From a virus: a stretch of DNA of 64,000 nucleotides. Each line of letters starts with the position of its first letter. Within the stretch, counting starts at the first letter, position 1. The notes beneath the pieces were generated by a model. That model did not search any database. It was not told where the DNA came from and worked only from the letters and a program-made list of their open reading frames with translations. The stretch covers positions 1 to 64,000 of the IMG/VR virus record IMGVR_UViG_3300026512_000003; one strand, written 5' to 3'. The position numbers and the translations under genes were made by a program. Positions 27,921 through 40,600 of this stretch are shown one piece after another.

Positions 27921-29029
27921 TGAGACAGTTTACTTATACTTATAGCTCTGAGATGTTTTGTAGTCATGGGTTGTGTACTTTTGTACCTCAGGCAAAGTTT
28001 TTTCATCCAACAATGGGTTTTACTGAGTTTCATGGGCCAGGTTTGTTTCAGGACTTAGATCACCTAGGATATTCAAAAAAATTTACGGACTTTTTTAAAG
28101 GTGCAATCTCTTTTAGACATTCAGTAAAAATATTTTTTCCAGAAATAAAAAAAGGGCTAATCTTTTTAGATAAATTAAAATATCGTGCTGTTTCAAAAAA
28201 TGAAAATCCAATTCTTAACTATGAGATAGTAAAAGATGATAAATATGAGGATTATATCGAGATAAAAGACCATCTTGTAGAATTCGAGGTTATAGTGAGT
28301 GCTGATTTTGGTAAAAAAATTTCTCCAGAAGAATTAGTAGAAATTGTTTGTGAGAGAATGGAGTTTTTGTTGTTCAATCAACGAATTTCAATTGCACTAC
28401 ATAAAGGAAACATGACGATAGTTCCATATGTAATTTCATATGATACAGTATATCCAATAGAATTTGCTAAGCAAACAACAAAAAGTTCCAATCTCGTTGC
28501 TAATTCTGGCTTGAATTTTGGATTTGTACTATTAGAGAATGAGAAGAACTACTTTGAAAAAAAAGGTTTTTCTTGTGATGAGGTAGATTCTTCGCTGTTG
28601 GATACAGCTTTTATTAAATCTCAAATTGATACTAAGCTATCTAAAGGTGAGGTTGATTTACACAATGTTACTACATGTTCTGAAAACTATTATTTATTAA
28701 CATTACCGAAAACACTTTTTACAAAAACAGATAAGAAGAATTTTATACCTATCTTTAATCCAGAAATAGCTATGAATTGTTGTGATTACATTAAGGCTAA
28801 GCTATGCAGTCCTTATGCTAAACAGTACAAAATACCATCTATTTCAGAATGTCCTAAAAGTTGTCCAAAATCGGATGCTGAAACAGCTTGTAAACAAGTA
28901 TATAAGTATGAAGTAATTAACAAAGCGATAATTGGTTATGTCACCTTTTCTCTCTTGGACTGGAAAAAGTTGGATGAGTTTGCAAAAATAATAAAACCTA
29001 AAGAACAAGACTATATAGAGGAGGTGTGA
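27920..29029 (+). CDS. Hypothetical protein (Cys-rich C-terminus)
   Basis: TAATG coupling; 369 aa. Confidence 0.75.
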   Translation: MRQFTYTYSSEMFCSHGLCTFVPQAKFFHPTMGFTEFHGPGLFQDLDHLGYSKKFTDFFKGAISFRHSVKIFFPEIKKGLIFLDKLKYRAVSKNENPILNYEIVKDDKYEDYIEIKDHLVEFEVIVSADFGKKISPEELVEIVCERMEFLLFNQRISIALHKGNMTIVPYVISYDTVYPIEFAKQTTKSSNLVANSGLNFGFVLLENEKNYFEKKGFSCDEVDSSLLDTAFIKSQIDTKLSKGEVDLHNVTTCSENYYLLTLPKTLFTKTDKKNFIPIFNPEIAMNCCDYIKAKLCSPYAKQYKIPSISECPKSCPKSDAETACKQVYKYEVINKAIIGYVTFSLLDWKKLDEFAKIIKPKEQDYIEEV

Positions 29030-29030
29030 A

Positions 29031-31226
29031 ATGGGAGGTATGTTAGGTAGGGAACACCCTAGGACTTCTTCGCCAAATAAGGAAGTTGTTCCTGAAGAGG
29101 AAGAAGTTATTACAGAAGACTCTGAAGTGGCACTAGGGAGTGAACAAGAAACAGGCTATATAGACTTAACTAATAAAAATGTATCTAGTATTACTTTAGC
29201 TAAATTTACTATAGAAGACTCAGAAGATGCAAGGATTGAAAAAGTTACTGTAGTTGGGACAAAGTTTATACTTCAAGACTCTTCTGATGATATTGGACCA
29301 GTGAGTAAAGAAGAATATTTCAATGCCTTACTAGATGCATCTCAAATGCAATGTTCTTTTGAAGATGGTTCAGCAAGAATTCCTTTTCAGAATGGTGGTG
29401 AAATTATTTTTCCATCAGAAATTACTGAATTTGAAATTGAAATAGAAGATGCTGTAGTTTTAGTAAAAAAAGGTAATGGGCAGTATGAAACAAAAATAGA
29501 TAATCAGAAACTAGCTTCTATTCCCCTAAATAATTTTGGTTTTTTTAAAATAGAACATGTAATCACGCATCTCATTAGTGTAAAAGATAGCGATGAAAGT
29601 GAAGTTCCTATATCAGTTTTGTCACAAAAAAAATACTTAAGGACTTATTTACCTTCAAATGAAAAAATAATATTATTTGATGAGAATATCAAAATGCTAA
29701 GTGGATGGATTGAAGGAAACGATATTAGCTATCAGGTTGTAGCGAGTGCAGACACTACTGATAGATTATATAAAGCATTCGCTATTCAGCAATTGTATGC
29801 GACAGTTGCTCCAAAATCTTTTTACGATTTACAAAGAGTTGCATTATGTGCAAAAGAAATTAGTGAAAAGTATGTTTTAGGTAGGATTTTTGGATCTAGA
29901 AGTCAGGGTGTAACTCCAACTGTGTCAGAAATAATATCAATGTCGGATGGAGTTTCAGGCGAAGCAAAAGCAGTATTCTCTACAGATAGCTTCAGTATAG
30001 ATGGATCTCAAGTAAAATCAACAAATTCAAGAGCTGTATACCATATTACTGTAGAAGGCGATTATCTAGAAAAAACTATTGTTTTCGAAGGAATTTGTGG
30101 GGCATCAGGAGAAAGAGTTTCTGCTATTACATATGATGCAAGGATTGCGTATCCATATCCTAAAAATTTTGAAACAATTAAAATACAATCTGATACATTT
30201 TCAGCAAACATTTTTTCTTACTATTCGTTTATACTAGGACTTCAAGACACAAATGCTTCAATATCAGCAGACCCAGCGGCTATGGCATTTCGTCAAATTA
30301 TGAAGTTTATAACTCATGGCCTTTCTTGCTTTGTGGGTTCAGGTAATTCAGGAATGGTCGTACATATAGTTTATGAACATTTGAAATGGATTTTACGACC
30401 TAATTTAGATAGGCTAAGGTTTGCTAAAATAAGAGAAACAGTAGATGAAACAGCTATAATACTTAGTAGAACTCAAACAAAAATGTTAAAAGAGCAAAGG
30501 AAAAATATAGGGGAATATATGACACAAACTCTTTTTTCTAGGCCTGTTTTTAATCCTCCAGCTTATTTTTTTATGAGTTTTATGTGTGTGCTTGTTCCAC
30601 TAGCATATAATAATACTCTAGAACTACCTAAGAGTTATCCTATGAATGCAGCAGGTCAAGATTCTGACATACTTGATGGAGCTCTTGATGATAACTCAGT
30701 ATTAACGGATATGCAAGTTGCCATGATGCACAAGGCAATGATGAATTATGTTACTTTTACAAAAATACAAGATATAATGAACTTTCATCTCACGGAAAAT
30801 ATAAAAGAATATTCAACAAGGTTTTTTAATAAAGCTCCTAGAGTAATTAGCAGTCCAACAGGAATACATAATGAATTCTATTCATTAGATGATCCTGGTT
30901 TTGGATTAACTAATCAAAAAGATGCTCCTTTAGTAGCTAATGAAAACAATGAGTTTGTTCGAGAGTGGAATAGAATAAAAAAACTTATTTTAAATTCTGT
31001 ATCTAGATTGTCAAATAGATATCCTTTAGCGAATAAATATGGACAAGAAGCAAATACATATATCGAAACTGATTCTAAGTTCCATAAAAAAACATTATAT
31101 AACGATAGAGTTAGTGTATTAAAAGAACTTGAATACAAAGTAACGGAAGCAGGACAAAGTACAAATGTTGATATTGCGAGACCAGCAGATATAATTACAT
31201 TGATATTACATAAAGAGGAAGAATAA
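29031..31226 (+). CDS. Hypothetical protein (731 aa)
   Basis: GGAGG RBS; long ORF. Confidence 0.8.
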   Translation: MGGMLGREHPRTSSPNKEVVPEEEEVITEDSEVALGSEQETGYIDLTNKNVSSITLAKFTIEDSEDARIEKVTVVGTKFILQDSSDDIGPVSKEEYFNALLDASQMQCSFEDGSARIPFQNGGEIIFPSEITEFEIEIEDAVVLVKKGNGQYETKIDNQKLASIPLNNFGFFKIEHVITHLISVKDSDESEVPISVLSQKKYLRTYLPSNEKIILFDENIKMLSGWIEGNDISYQVVASADTTDRLYKAFAIQQLYATVAPKSFYDLQRVALCAKEISEKYVLGRIFGSRSQGVTPTVSEIISMSDGVSGEAKAVFSTDSFSIDGSQVKSTNSRAVYHITVEGDYLEKTIVFEGICGASGERVSAITYDARIAYPYPKNFETIKIQSDTFSANIFSYYSFILGLQDTNASISADPAAMAFRQIMKFITHGLSCFVGSGNSGMVVHIVYEHLKWILRPNLDRLRFAKIRETVDETAIILSRTQTKMLKEQRKNIGEYMTQTLFSRPVFNPPAYFFMSFMCVLVPLAYNNTLELPKSYPMNAAGQDSDILDGALDDNSVLTDMQVAMMHKAMMNYVTFTKIQDIMNFHLTENIKEYSTRFFNKAPRVISSPTGIHNEFYSLDDPGFGLTNQKDAPLVANENNEFVREWNRIKKLILNSVSRLSNRYPLANKYGQEANTYIETDSKFHKKTLYNDRVSVLKELEYKVTEAGQSTNVDIARPADIITLILHKEEE

Positions 31227-32371
31227 TGACAGTTAGAAAAGAAACAGACAAATATGTTATAGAGCCTAGCTTTAGCGACATTGAGTCTTATAATGCAGGA
31301 GGAGGTGTAGTTGAACTTTCTCAAAGTGGAGACAGTGCAGGCACAAAAGGCACAGAAGTAACAATTGTCTTGCCTGAAGAGTTTATTTTAGCTATTCAAA
31401 GACAATTAGGTTCTACTTTTGCAGAAAATTCATTAGACTTATCTTTTGGGAAAGCTTCTGTGTTTAATAGAAATATGTGTAATTTTCCGCTACCTATTTC
31501 TAAGTTTTATAGTAGTACTTTTCCTGAATTAAATGAAGAGTTATACCAAGAGAACATAGCTATTGCAAAAGAGATAGATTCTAATGTTGAGGTAACAAAC
31601 TCTTTTCTTGTGCATATTGGAGTTGCAAGTAGATTAATTTTTCAGCTTGATTCAAAAAATATAAAAGTTCGATTAGTTTCGATGACAGAAAATATAACAA
31701 TTGAAGAAGATCATCCTTTTTGTGTTACAGGAGAGTTTACTATAGAAAACGATAGTGAAGAAAGTAATTCGTCCTCTGCAGAAGCAGAGATATTACAAGT
31801 GAGTCCCTATGGTAAAGTAGTTATTGTAGAACAAAAAATAGAGTGTGGATTTTTTGATACAGCTTTTGCTCTTTTTCAAGAACGGAAAGAATATGCAAAT
31901 TGTATACAAACTGCAAATTATTATATAAAAGTTATGAATGAGCAATTTTGGTTAACTGAAGATGTGGTTGCAATAGAAAAAAAAGAAAACGAATTACTTG
32001 TTTCTATAATTGCAGGAATAGAAGCTAATGGTAGGGCTTTTACGAGAATCCCGTTGGCAAATTGTGGACTAAAAATTAGAAAAAATAAGGTAGGGCTAGG
32101 GGTTCTTTCTATTGAAGGACAAGTGACGATGCAACACGCTATAGGCGAAGTGTTATACCCAGCTAGGACAATATTAGCAAGTAAGCGAAGTCATTTTGAT
32201 ATAATTTCAGATAGTGAGAGCTGGACTTTAAATGGTCCGATGATTGCTGAATACAATCAAGGACAATCTGACCTTAAGAGACCAACTGTTATGTTTTCTT
32301 GGGAAAACAGAGAAACTTTAGAAGCTAAGGTTTCTACAATGACGGCATCAAGATTGTCAGAAGAAGAATAA
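31226..32371 (+). CDS. Hypothetical protein (381 aa)
   Basis: TAATG coupling. Confidence 0.8.
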   Translation: MTVRKETDKYVIEPSFSDIESYNAGGGVVELSQSGDSAGTKGTEVTIVLPEEFILAIQRQLGSTFAENSLDLSFGKASVFNRNMCNFPLPISKFYSSTFPELNEELYQENIAIAKEIDSNVEVTNSFLVHIGVASRLIFQLDSKNIKVRLVSMTENITIEEDHPFCVTGEFTIENDSEESNSSSAEAEILQVSPYGKVVIVEQKIECGFFDTAFALFQERKEYANCIQTANYYIKVMNEQFWLTEDVVAIEKKENELLVSIIAGIEANGRAFTRIPLANCGLKIRKNKVGLGVLSIEGQVTMQHAIGEVLYPARTILASKRSHFDIISDSESWTLNGPMIAEYNQGQSDLKRPTVMFSWENRETLEAKVSTMTASRLSEEE

Positions 32372-32383
32372 AGGATAATATAG

Positions 32384-35300
32384 ATGGGTAATTTTAAACA
32401 AGAACTAATGAATGAAGAAAAAATAGATAATTTATATTCAAATATTACAACATCTTCTGATTTTCTAACAGAAAAAATAGATATTATAGGGGCAAGAACG
32501 AGCGATTCTTCATCGTTAGTTATTAATATTGGAGATGGAGAGGTTTTTCCTGTAACTGGGGAACTTCTTGAGAAATGGTCAAAAACGGCTGACTTTATAG
32601 GATATTATCCATATTTATTAGATAAATCATGGGAAACCTTCCTTAAAGTATATGAAGGCTTAACACTAAAAGATTCTTTAAAGGAAGATGAAGTAGCTAT
32701 GCTAAATACTCTTTCCCTTAAGACTTTGCAAATCAGAAATTTTATTGAAAGAAATAAAATGTCTTTAGGTGGGACAGATTTAGACTCGTATCTTGGTGTA
32801 TTATACAGTCAAGCTATAGATTTTCATTCTGGTATTTCTTATGAAAACAATATGTTAAAAAAACAACTATCATCTTTTAATTTAATTAAAATCTCAAGAG
32901 AAAAAGCGATAGTAGCTTTTATAGAAAATAAATTAAAACTGGTGGTCCATACTAGTAGATTAAGAGATGATTTTAATGGCATGATAGAGTTTGGAATATT
33001 TACAAGGAATGGAAACGAAAAAAAATTGCTTTTTAAAAAGAAACAATTACTTCTTAACGCTCAAGAAAAAGAATTTTTATTAATAGATATTCCTGAAGGT
33101 CTTTTTATAGGGGAAATATTTACTGAGAATTTTGAATCAAAAATAGATTACTATAGTCATCCAAAAAATAATTCTTTTGTGTTAAGAAACAAGACTCCAG
33201 AAAATATGAAAGTTACACTAAAGAAAGGTTCAACAGTCATGTTAGACCCTTTTGGTATTATAGAAGTTTCTTCTGGGGGAGTTGCAAATATTACGACATT
33301 GTTATCTACTGATGTCGATATTACAAACATATCTTCTTCTACTTCAGATGGATTACTTTTTAAAGACGAAATGAAGCTAGAGCACTATAAAGGATATTTT
33401 TCGCATGATTTTGATGAGATGATAATAGATCCGACTCAAGCAAATGTGCTTAAAGCAAAGTCTAGTTGCCTTAAAAGTAAGAAAATTGGATTTCGATATG
33501 CTAAAATAAATGGTGACTGGGAAAACGCATCTTATGTTGAATTCGGAGATGATGCAGATAAGGAAAAAGGTATAAGAATTGATAGCACAGATTTTATTTA
33601 TAGAGAAAATGAACTTTGGGCAAAGGCAAGCTCTGATCTTAATTTTGAGCAAGTGGTTTATACTAATAAAGAAGCAACAGTAAATGGCGTAAGAATTGAG
33701 AAATATTGTGAACAACCATTTGGAGAATTGTATAAATCTCAAGCAATGATTTATAAGAGAAATTGGCTAATTGAGAATGGTAAGGTAGATGAAATAATAG
33801 AAAAAGTGTTCTCAGTAGAGATAACATCTATAGAGAGAAGGATAGCAGCTGTCTGTGAATGTTCAGATTCTGGCAATCCTCCATTAGATACGATGAATGA
33901 TTCAAAAAACGAATATCATCCTTCAGAAGTCTCAACTTGTATTGCTTCAGAGAAAGGTTTTTTTGTTCATGATAAATTACAAGGAAGCAATAGATATCTC
34001 AACACTTGGCACAGAACAGCTTTGGGTAAATATTGTGAAAATGGATTTAAGATAAAAAGCTTTGGTGTTTATGATAGATTTTTTAATGGAATTCAGGAAC
34101 CACATTTTTTAGATGAACTTATATCCAAAGAAGAGAGACCTTATTCTAGTAAAAAAGAAAAACAAAATAGACATAATATATTTATGTGGACAGTCATTCA
34201 ACAAGACGATGGATTAGAAATTCTATTTGTTGAGCATAGTGATATTAATAGGCAAGATAATAAATTTGTCAAATTGGGATATACTGAAAGTAAAAATAAC
34301 TGTAATGATAAGTATGTATATACGACCCCTAAACTACAGAAGTATGGGAATATCTTAGGATATACATTACTTTATGCAAAAAATCCATTACCAATCCCTA
34401 ATAACCTTACTAAAACTACTTTGCTACCATCCACAACAATATCAAATACTAGTGTGGGCTGTTTAAATTTAGTAGGAAGTGCTACTTTAAATAAAATCGG
34501 AAATATGCAAGTTACATGTGCTTCTGTTCAGAAGCTATCATTCGGAACAGAAACACATTTAATTGATAATTTAGAGATAGTTGATTTCTTCTCAGAAAAT
34601 AAAAAGTATTTAGTATCAGCAGATGTAGGTGCAATTTTTGATATTACAGGGAGAGACATTGAATTAAATGAGGAATCTACAATAACAGAAATAAAAGAGT
34701 GCTATAAGAGAGGCATATCTGTTGTAAATGGAGATATTGAAATTATAGCTGTGTTCAATACTTCGGATCAAAAAGTAACTGCAAGTTATGAACTAAAGAT
34801 TAATGGTGAAAGCATAGTAAGTAGTTCACAAAAATATCCACGAATTGCTGAATATCCAAAAGATGCATATTCTCTAAAAAACACTTTTTCTAAAGATTGT
34901 TGTATTCCTGAAAAATTAGCACAGTTTCTCTATAAAACATATGGTCATGTTCAAGGTATTATAGGTATATGGCAAGAAGAAACGAGTATAAATGATAGTC
35001 TATTGCATGTTACCTCACAGCGACAATCTTTCGGATTTCAAGTGTCTGCAACTATTAACGGAATTTCTCCAGAAATTTGTTTTTGGCAAGTTTTAGAAAC
35101 GACAAGACATTTTAACACTCCTTATCTTATGAGTAAACAAATGTTAATTCGTAGTACAAAAACAGGACTTATTTCTCCGTCAATCTTTAATGATGAGAAA
35201 GATAATGGAATTGCTTTAGCACTAAGAAAAGCGATAATTGGGAACTACTCTTATAATTTTCAGCCTGTAAATTACAACTTGCAGGGGATTTGGACACCTG

Positions 35301-36109
35301 CTGTTGATTTTGTTTTAAAAAATGAAAAAATATTATTGTCTCAAAAATTAAAATACAGTCTATTTCCAGGTACAAGGTTGGGTCTAGATATTAAAATTGG
35401 ATTAACTAATACATTGTTTTGTAGTCAGGAAGGAAATCAGGGTTTACCAATTTATGAAAAAATTGATGGTGTTGTAACAAAAGATAATATTGTAAAAAAT
35501 ATGGTAAGTAGTTTTCAAAAAGGCTCTTATGCACACCATATAAAATATAATTTTCATATTGCTAATGGAAGGTTCGTTAGTAGGGAAATTATTGTTGACT
35601 TAGAAAGATACCCTGCAAAACAAGCTTATCTACAAAATAATGCTGTTCGTGAGCTGCTTAGTCCAGTTAGAGAAGATGCCTTGCAGAAAAAGTTAGATGG
35701 TAGTAGTGTGCTTGTGAAATTCGATACAAGAAGAATAGCAGATTTAAAACACACTTATTTCGATTGGTTTTCTGAAGCACCAACTGCATTATTGTGTGGT
35801 GAAGGAAATGATGAAAGTGTTTTAAACAGAAGCGATAAGCTGTCTTTATATAAAATAGCTAAGGATTCCTTTTCACCTGAAGAATGCAAAGAAGGTGCTA
35901 TCTTTTTTGAAAATAAATCTGATACAGAAAGAGAATTAACAATAAGCTTTAAAAATAATTTTATTGGCTATCTTAAAGATGATGGGATATGCTCATATTC
36001 ATTTACTGATTGTGAAGAACTTTTTGAAGCTAACATACTTTTTAGTGATAAGTATGGTAAAATAAAGAATTCAAAACAGCTAGGAAAAACAATGGGAGTG
36101 CAACAATGA
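32384..36109 (+). CDS. Large hypothetical protein (1241 aa)
   Basis: AAGGA RBS; long ORF, no recognised motif. Confidence 0.85.
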   Translation: MGNFKQELMNEEKIDNLYSNITTSSDFLTEKIDIIGARTSDSSSLVINIGDGEVFPVTGELLEKWSKTADFIGYYPYLLDKSWETFLKVYEGLTLKDSLKEDEVAMLNTLSLKTLQIRNFIERNKMSLGGTDLDSYLGVLYSQAIDFHSGISYENNMLKKQLSSFNLIKISREKAIVAFIENKLKLVVHTSRLRDDFNGMIEFGIFTRNGNEKKLLFKKKQLLLNAQEKEFLLIDIPEGLFIGEIFTENFESKIDYYSHPKNNSFVLRNKTPENMKVTLKKGSTVMLDPFGIIEVSSGGVANITTLLSTDVDITNISSSTSDGLLFKDEMKLEHYKGYFSHDFDEMIIDPTQANVLKAKSSCLKSKKIGFRYAKINGDWENASYVEFGDDADKEKGIRIDSTDFIYRENELWAKASSDLNFEQVVYTNKEATVNGVRIEKYCEQPFGELYKSQAMIYKRNWLIENGKVDEIIEKVFSVEITSIERRIAAVCECSDSGNPPLDTMNDSKNEYHPSEVSTCIASEKGFFVHDKLQGSNRYLNTWHRTALGKYCENGFKIKSFGVYDRFFNGIQEPHFLDELISKEERPYSSKKEKQNRHNIFMWTVIQQDDGLEILFVEHSDINRQDNKFVKLGYTESKNNCNDKYVYTTPKLQKYGNILGYTLLYAKNPLPIPNNLTKTTLLPSTTISNTSVGCLNLVGSATLNKIGNMQVTCASVQKLSFGTETHLIDNLEIVDFFSENKKYLVSADVGAIFDITGRDIELNEESTITEIKECYKRGISVVNGDIEIIAVFNTSDQKVTASYELKINGESIVSSSQKYPRIAEYPKDAYSLKNTFSKDCCIPEKLAQFLYKTYGHVQGIIGIWQEETSINDSLLHVTSQRQSFGFQVSATINGISPEICFWQVLETTRHFNTPYLMSKQMLIRSTKTGLISPSIFNDEKDNGIALALRKAIIGNYSYNFQPVNYNLQGIWTPAVDFVLKNEKILLSQKLKYSLFPGTRLGLDIKIGLTNTLFCSQEGNQGLPIYEKIDGVVTKDNIVKNMVSSFQKGSYAHHIKYNFHIANGRFVSREIIVDLERYPAKQAYLQNNAVRELLSPVREDALQKKLDGSSVLVKFDTRRIADLKHTYFDWFSEAPTALLCGEGNDESVLNRSDKLSLYKIAKDSFSPEECKEGAIFFENKSDTERELTISFKNNFIGYLKDDGICSYSFTDCEELFEANILFSDKYGKIKNSKQLGKTMGVQQ

Positions 36110-37698
36110 TTTGGCTAGATAATAAACTTATAAGTGTAGAGGAAGCGGTGATTGCTCACTGTTTTTCTAAAGATGGGTTACCATTAGGCACAGGAAGCAC
36201 TGGGATTGTATTTAGATATGACAACTGGGTGGGCTATATAGGACTTAAGTTAAATACTTTAGAAATAAAGACTTCTAGAGGAATAAAAACATTTTTAAAT
36301 ATTTCTGAGAGATTTTTAGAAAATATTGACTGCTTATCTAATTCAGAACGCTTATCTTCTGAAAAAAAAGGAACTTCTTCAGATTATGTTCCTGACTTAG
36401 AGAGTAATTTTATCCAAGAAATATTTTTAGAAAATAAAAAATTAAGTATAGATATTCAAGAGCTAGCAAGAAGAATATATGAATACAGCGATACAAGCGA
36501 TATTTATGAACATTTATTTTTAAACAAAGTGTTTAAAATGGGCACAAAAAGAAGTTTTCGAGAAATTCAAAGTAATGAAAATGTTTTATTTGATGGGAAC
36601 ATTGAGACAAGAGCAACGCTATTTACAGGTAAAGAAGAATATTATATAGTTAATGGATATATAATAGAATGTTTGAATGATGAAATTCGATATAATATTT
36701 GGACAACTCCTATTGACAGCGTAGATAACACATACTTTAGAGACAGCAAAGAACTTCCCCTGTGCAAACAATATATATCCGATGTCCACTTGGAAAAAGT
36801 AAAACAAAACAAAGCGTTTCATAACTCTAATTTTGATAGGAGAGAATTTAAAAGAGGATATTGGAATTTGCAAATAGGAAATCCTCTGTTGAATATCGGT
36901 TGGGAGTTTAAAACAAGTTTTATTACTGAAAATAGATGTTTAATAAAAGAAAATTCTTTAGAACTTCTTATGCCAAGCACCCCTATACACATAGAAGATA
37001 CTTCTTTTTTCGATTTAGCTCTGTTTATAGAAAATTATTCAAAGATAGAGCTGAATGATATAACTTTTGCATTAAATGATATTCTTTTCTTAAATATAAA
37101 ATCGCCTTCAGAATTTTATGAAAAAATACATAATGTAGTAGATAATATGGTTGTTTGTACAGAATTACAAAGAAAAAGATTAAATGAGCTAATACATCAA
37201 GTTAGAGTGCCATTGCCTATGTTAAATTATTTAACTTCTTTTGAAAAAATTCCTGAAAATCTTAGTGATTTTGTGATTATTCAAGCGAATCCAATAACAA
37301 AAGAAGCTGTATATTTTGAAGTTACGGAAGGTTCAAAAATAACAAGAGAAGATAACTCTATATTCTTTAGTATCTCAGGACAAAGTTATGGCTTTGAGGT
37401 AAATGGAAGTGATAGTTTTGTTTTATGGAAAAATTTCAAGAAAGATTTTAGGAATGACAACAAAGGGATTCCTGGTGAATTTTCAAAAAAACTTCGTGAT
37501 AATGGTAATGTTTCAAAGAGAAGAATTGCAACCTATAAAGATTTATTTTATGATACAGATGGGGTAGTAATTATGCTACTTAAAAAAACTGATTTACGCA
37601 TAGTGGTAGAGAATACTTATAATGCTTTTGCTAGTGAGTATATTTTTGGAACACAGAGTGGATATATAACAATAGACAGGGAGACACTATGGATTTAG
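36106..37698 (+). CDS. Hypothetical protein (530 aa)
   Basis: ATGA overlap. Confidence 0.8.
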   Translation: MIWLDNKLISVEEAVIAHCFSKDGLPLGTGSTGIVFRYDNWVGYIGLKLNTLEIKTSRGIKTFLNISERFLENIDCLSNSERLSSEKKGTSSDYVPDLESNFIQEIFLENKKLSIDIQELARRIYEYSDTSDIYEHLFLNKVFKMGTKRSFREIQSNENVLFDGNIETRATLFTGKEEYYIVNGYIIECLNDEIRYNIWTTPIDSVDNTYFRDSKELPLCKQYISDVHLEKVKQNKAFHNSNFDRREFKRGYWNLQIGNPLLNIGWEFKTSFITENRCLIKENSLELLMPSTPIHIEDTSFFDLALFIENYSKIELNDITFALNDILFLNIKSPSEFYEKIHNVVDNMVVCTELQRKRLNELIHQVRVPLPMLNYLTSFEKIPENLSDFVIIQANPITKEAVYFEVTEGSKITREDNSIFFSISGQSYGFEVNGSDSFVLWKNFKKDFRNDNKGIPGEFSKKLRDNGNVSKRRIATYKDLFYDTDGVVIMLLKKTDLRIVVENTYNAFASEYIFGTQSGYITIDRETLWI

Positions 37699-40600
37699 AA
37701 AAGGGACACATACAAGAGGAAGAAAAATCTGACTTATGGGAATTAAGAAAAAATGCTTTTTTTGAAATGGTTTCATTAGGAGAAAATTTTACACAAAAGA
37801 GTAATCTTTCGAGCAAATTAAAAAATCTTTCATTGTATATGGGTAATGTAAGTAATACTTTTTTCACAAATACTGCCTTTAGTGGGATTAAATACACAAA
37901 AGAACACCCAGTGGTAATAAAAGAAGTAGTTCATATTGATAGTGAAAATTGGATTATTTACATAGAGACTCACAAAAAAAGAGAGTGTAATATTGTTATA
38001 GAACAAGATATGTCAGATATTAAAAAGTTTGCGGTTGCATATGTGAATGGACAGTTTTATATTACAGCAAAGGGTATAAAGAGAGTTATTGCTCTAACGA
38101 AAGACTTCTATACTCCTTTTATAGGAATTTCACTCAAAGAGCTATTAAGTTTTATGACAAATCGTTATAAAACAGAACCTTTTGCGTTAAAGGATTGTGG
38201 AGAAAATGCGTATCTAATAGATGCTCCTTATGAATTATTTGGAAAACCGACTGTACCTTTTAGGGATGAAGATAATGTGGGTGTGTGGATTTCATTCGGG
38301 ACACTTATTAAAGCTGAACTATCCAATCTGTCTAAAATTAATGTTGATGGTGTTCCTTTAAGCATTGTGGAATCAAAAAATACTTCTTCTGATGTTACAA
38401 TAAAAAAATTACTATCAAATATTTCATATGGCTATAGTTCTATTATTTTAGACAAAAAAGAATTTGCAAAAAAAGTGATGCAAGAAGGTAAAAGCATTAA
38501 TTTTGATAGCAACAAAGAAGATGGGACAAGTATATGTGTCGATAGTATACTAGAAACATTATCTTCCAAAGGAATAATGGGACTACTATATGATGAAATG
38601 GATATTGTAGAAGAGTTTCCAGTATATGCATACGATAAAAGACAAGGGGCGGTTATAGAAAAGTCAAAAACCGTATTGTTGTTTAAGTATAAAAAAGAAC
38701 AAATCTATATGTATCTTGATGATTCTTCTGAGCAGATGGTTTTTATGACATATGCAGGAGATGAAAAATTATATGAAAATGAAAAATTTCAGTATGAGGT
38801 TAAAATTAGAAGTAGTGTTTGGCTGACAAAATTAGAAAATATTAAAGAAGATAATTTTGTATTGTATACAGGATTTGGAAATCTAAAGCATAACAAGATG
38901 CTAGATATCTACTTTGACAATGCAGAAGAAGCGTTTTCCGACTTATCTAATGAGTTTGCCGTAAATGTTACTGAGTTTGATGATAAATATCGAGAATACA
39001 CGGCAACACCAAACACTTTTCCTTATAATGCTAAGAAAACTTTGATTGAAGCATATGGTAACAATATAGTTCCACTAGCTTCAGGGTTGATTGAATATAA
39101 GTTTGAAAAGACAGATGCGTATGGCAACAAATTTTATAATCTTCAAACGCAAGCACACCCAATGTTGTCTAGCTTTATAGATGTGAAAAGCAAATCTCTA
39201 AGGATATTAGAACCAACCATTAAGGCATCCGGCTTATTTAAAGAAGACATATCAAAACTATATGTTGATTTCTTTTTTGAGAAATACATAGATGAGAAGC
39301 TTTTTGGAGAAATATCAAGTGATAGTAGAACTATTAGAGATTGGATTGTAGCAGGAGGTTTTGACTATATAATTAGTTCAGCATATTATAACAATGGATG
39401 GACATTGTATAAAAAAGACAATAATGAGTATAGACTTGTACAGCTAGAACCTGTAAAAATCGAATATTTATCTTCTGAAAGTATGGCAATTTCATGTGAA
39501 GCAGCAGCGGAATCGTTAGTGGACGCAGGTGAAAAAATGTTGAAGAGTATGAGTAAAACTAAAGTTATGGAAGAGCTTAGTAAAATGAGTAAAGACAAAG
39601 CTACCTCTATTGTAACAAAAATATACACAAGGTCAGAACAAATATTTTCTGGTTTTAAAACTGAAGTATTAAAAAAGAATAGTCTTATTCCAAGTGTAGC
39701 TAAAATTGCTGATTATGATTTTTCTTTTAAGAAACACTCCGAAAATAATAATTATTTTATTAATAATAAGCCAGAATCTGAATTGCTTAACCATGCTATT
39801 CTTTACGAAGATGCTTTTAATGAAATTCAGAAGAAGTATGCAGATACTTTTTTACCTTTCAATAACGAAATCAAACAAGAATTAGGATTAGCTTGTCCAT
39901 ATTTTTTAAATATGGTTGCTAGTGTAGATGGTAGTAAAATAAAAGTGGATATAGCAAGTACTATGGCTGTTAATGTGGAAAAATTAGAAAGTTGCAAATT
40001 AGGCATAAGCGTTCTAGGGGATCTTATTTCAAGAGATGATAAGATACAAATAGCTGATGAGCTGATGTTTCCAACCGAAGCGTATACACAGCAAGCTAAA
40101 CTTACATACCTAGGTAATAATGAGATATTGGCCGATGATTATGAAATTTATAGATTGGAAATCAACAGAACTTATACACAAAAAGCTAAAAAAGCTTTTA
40201 CTAGAAGTGTTGAAAGCTCAATAAGAAAGATTTCTGAAGGATATAATATCGACTTCGATAAAGAAAGACAACTTATTCAAGAACAAAGTGGAATAGGAGG
40301 GGAGGTCGAACTCGAACTACCTGAAATCCCAACATCACAGCCAATTTTTATAGGCATTAAGGGGTCAAAATTGGTGATCTCTCTGGATGGCATTAGCTAT
40401 ATCGTCTCAGATACCAGCTATGGAGCAAAAAATCTAACAGCAAGAATAGCTCTCGAAGACAAAGAGAATTTTATAATTGCATTAAGAACACTTGCTTTAA
40501 GTAATCATAATTTTACTACATACGATATGCATTTAAGTGGCATATATGATGATAAAGATGTTTACACTGTTGATGTAAAATCAATGCATGTTGACACAGG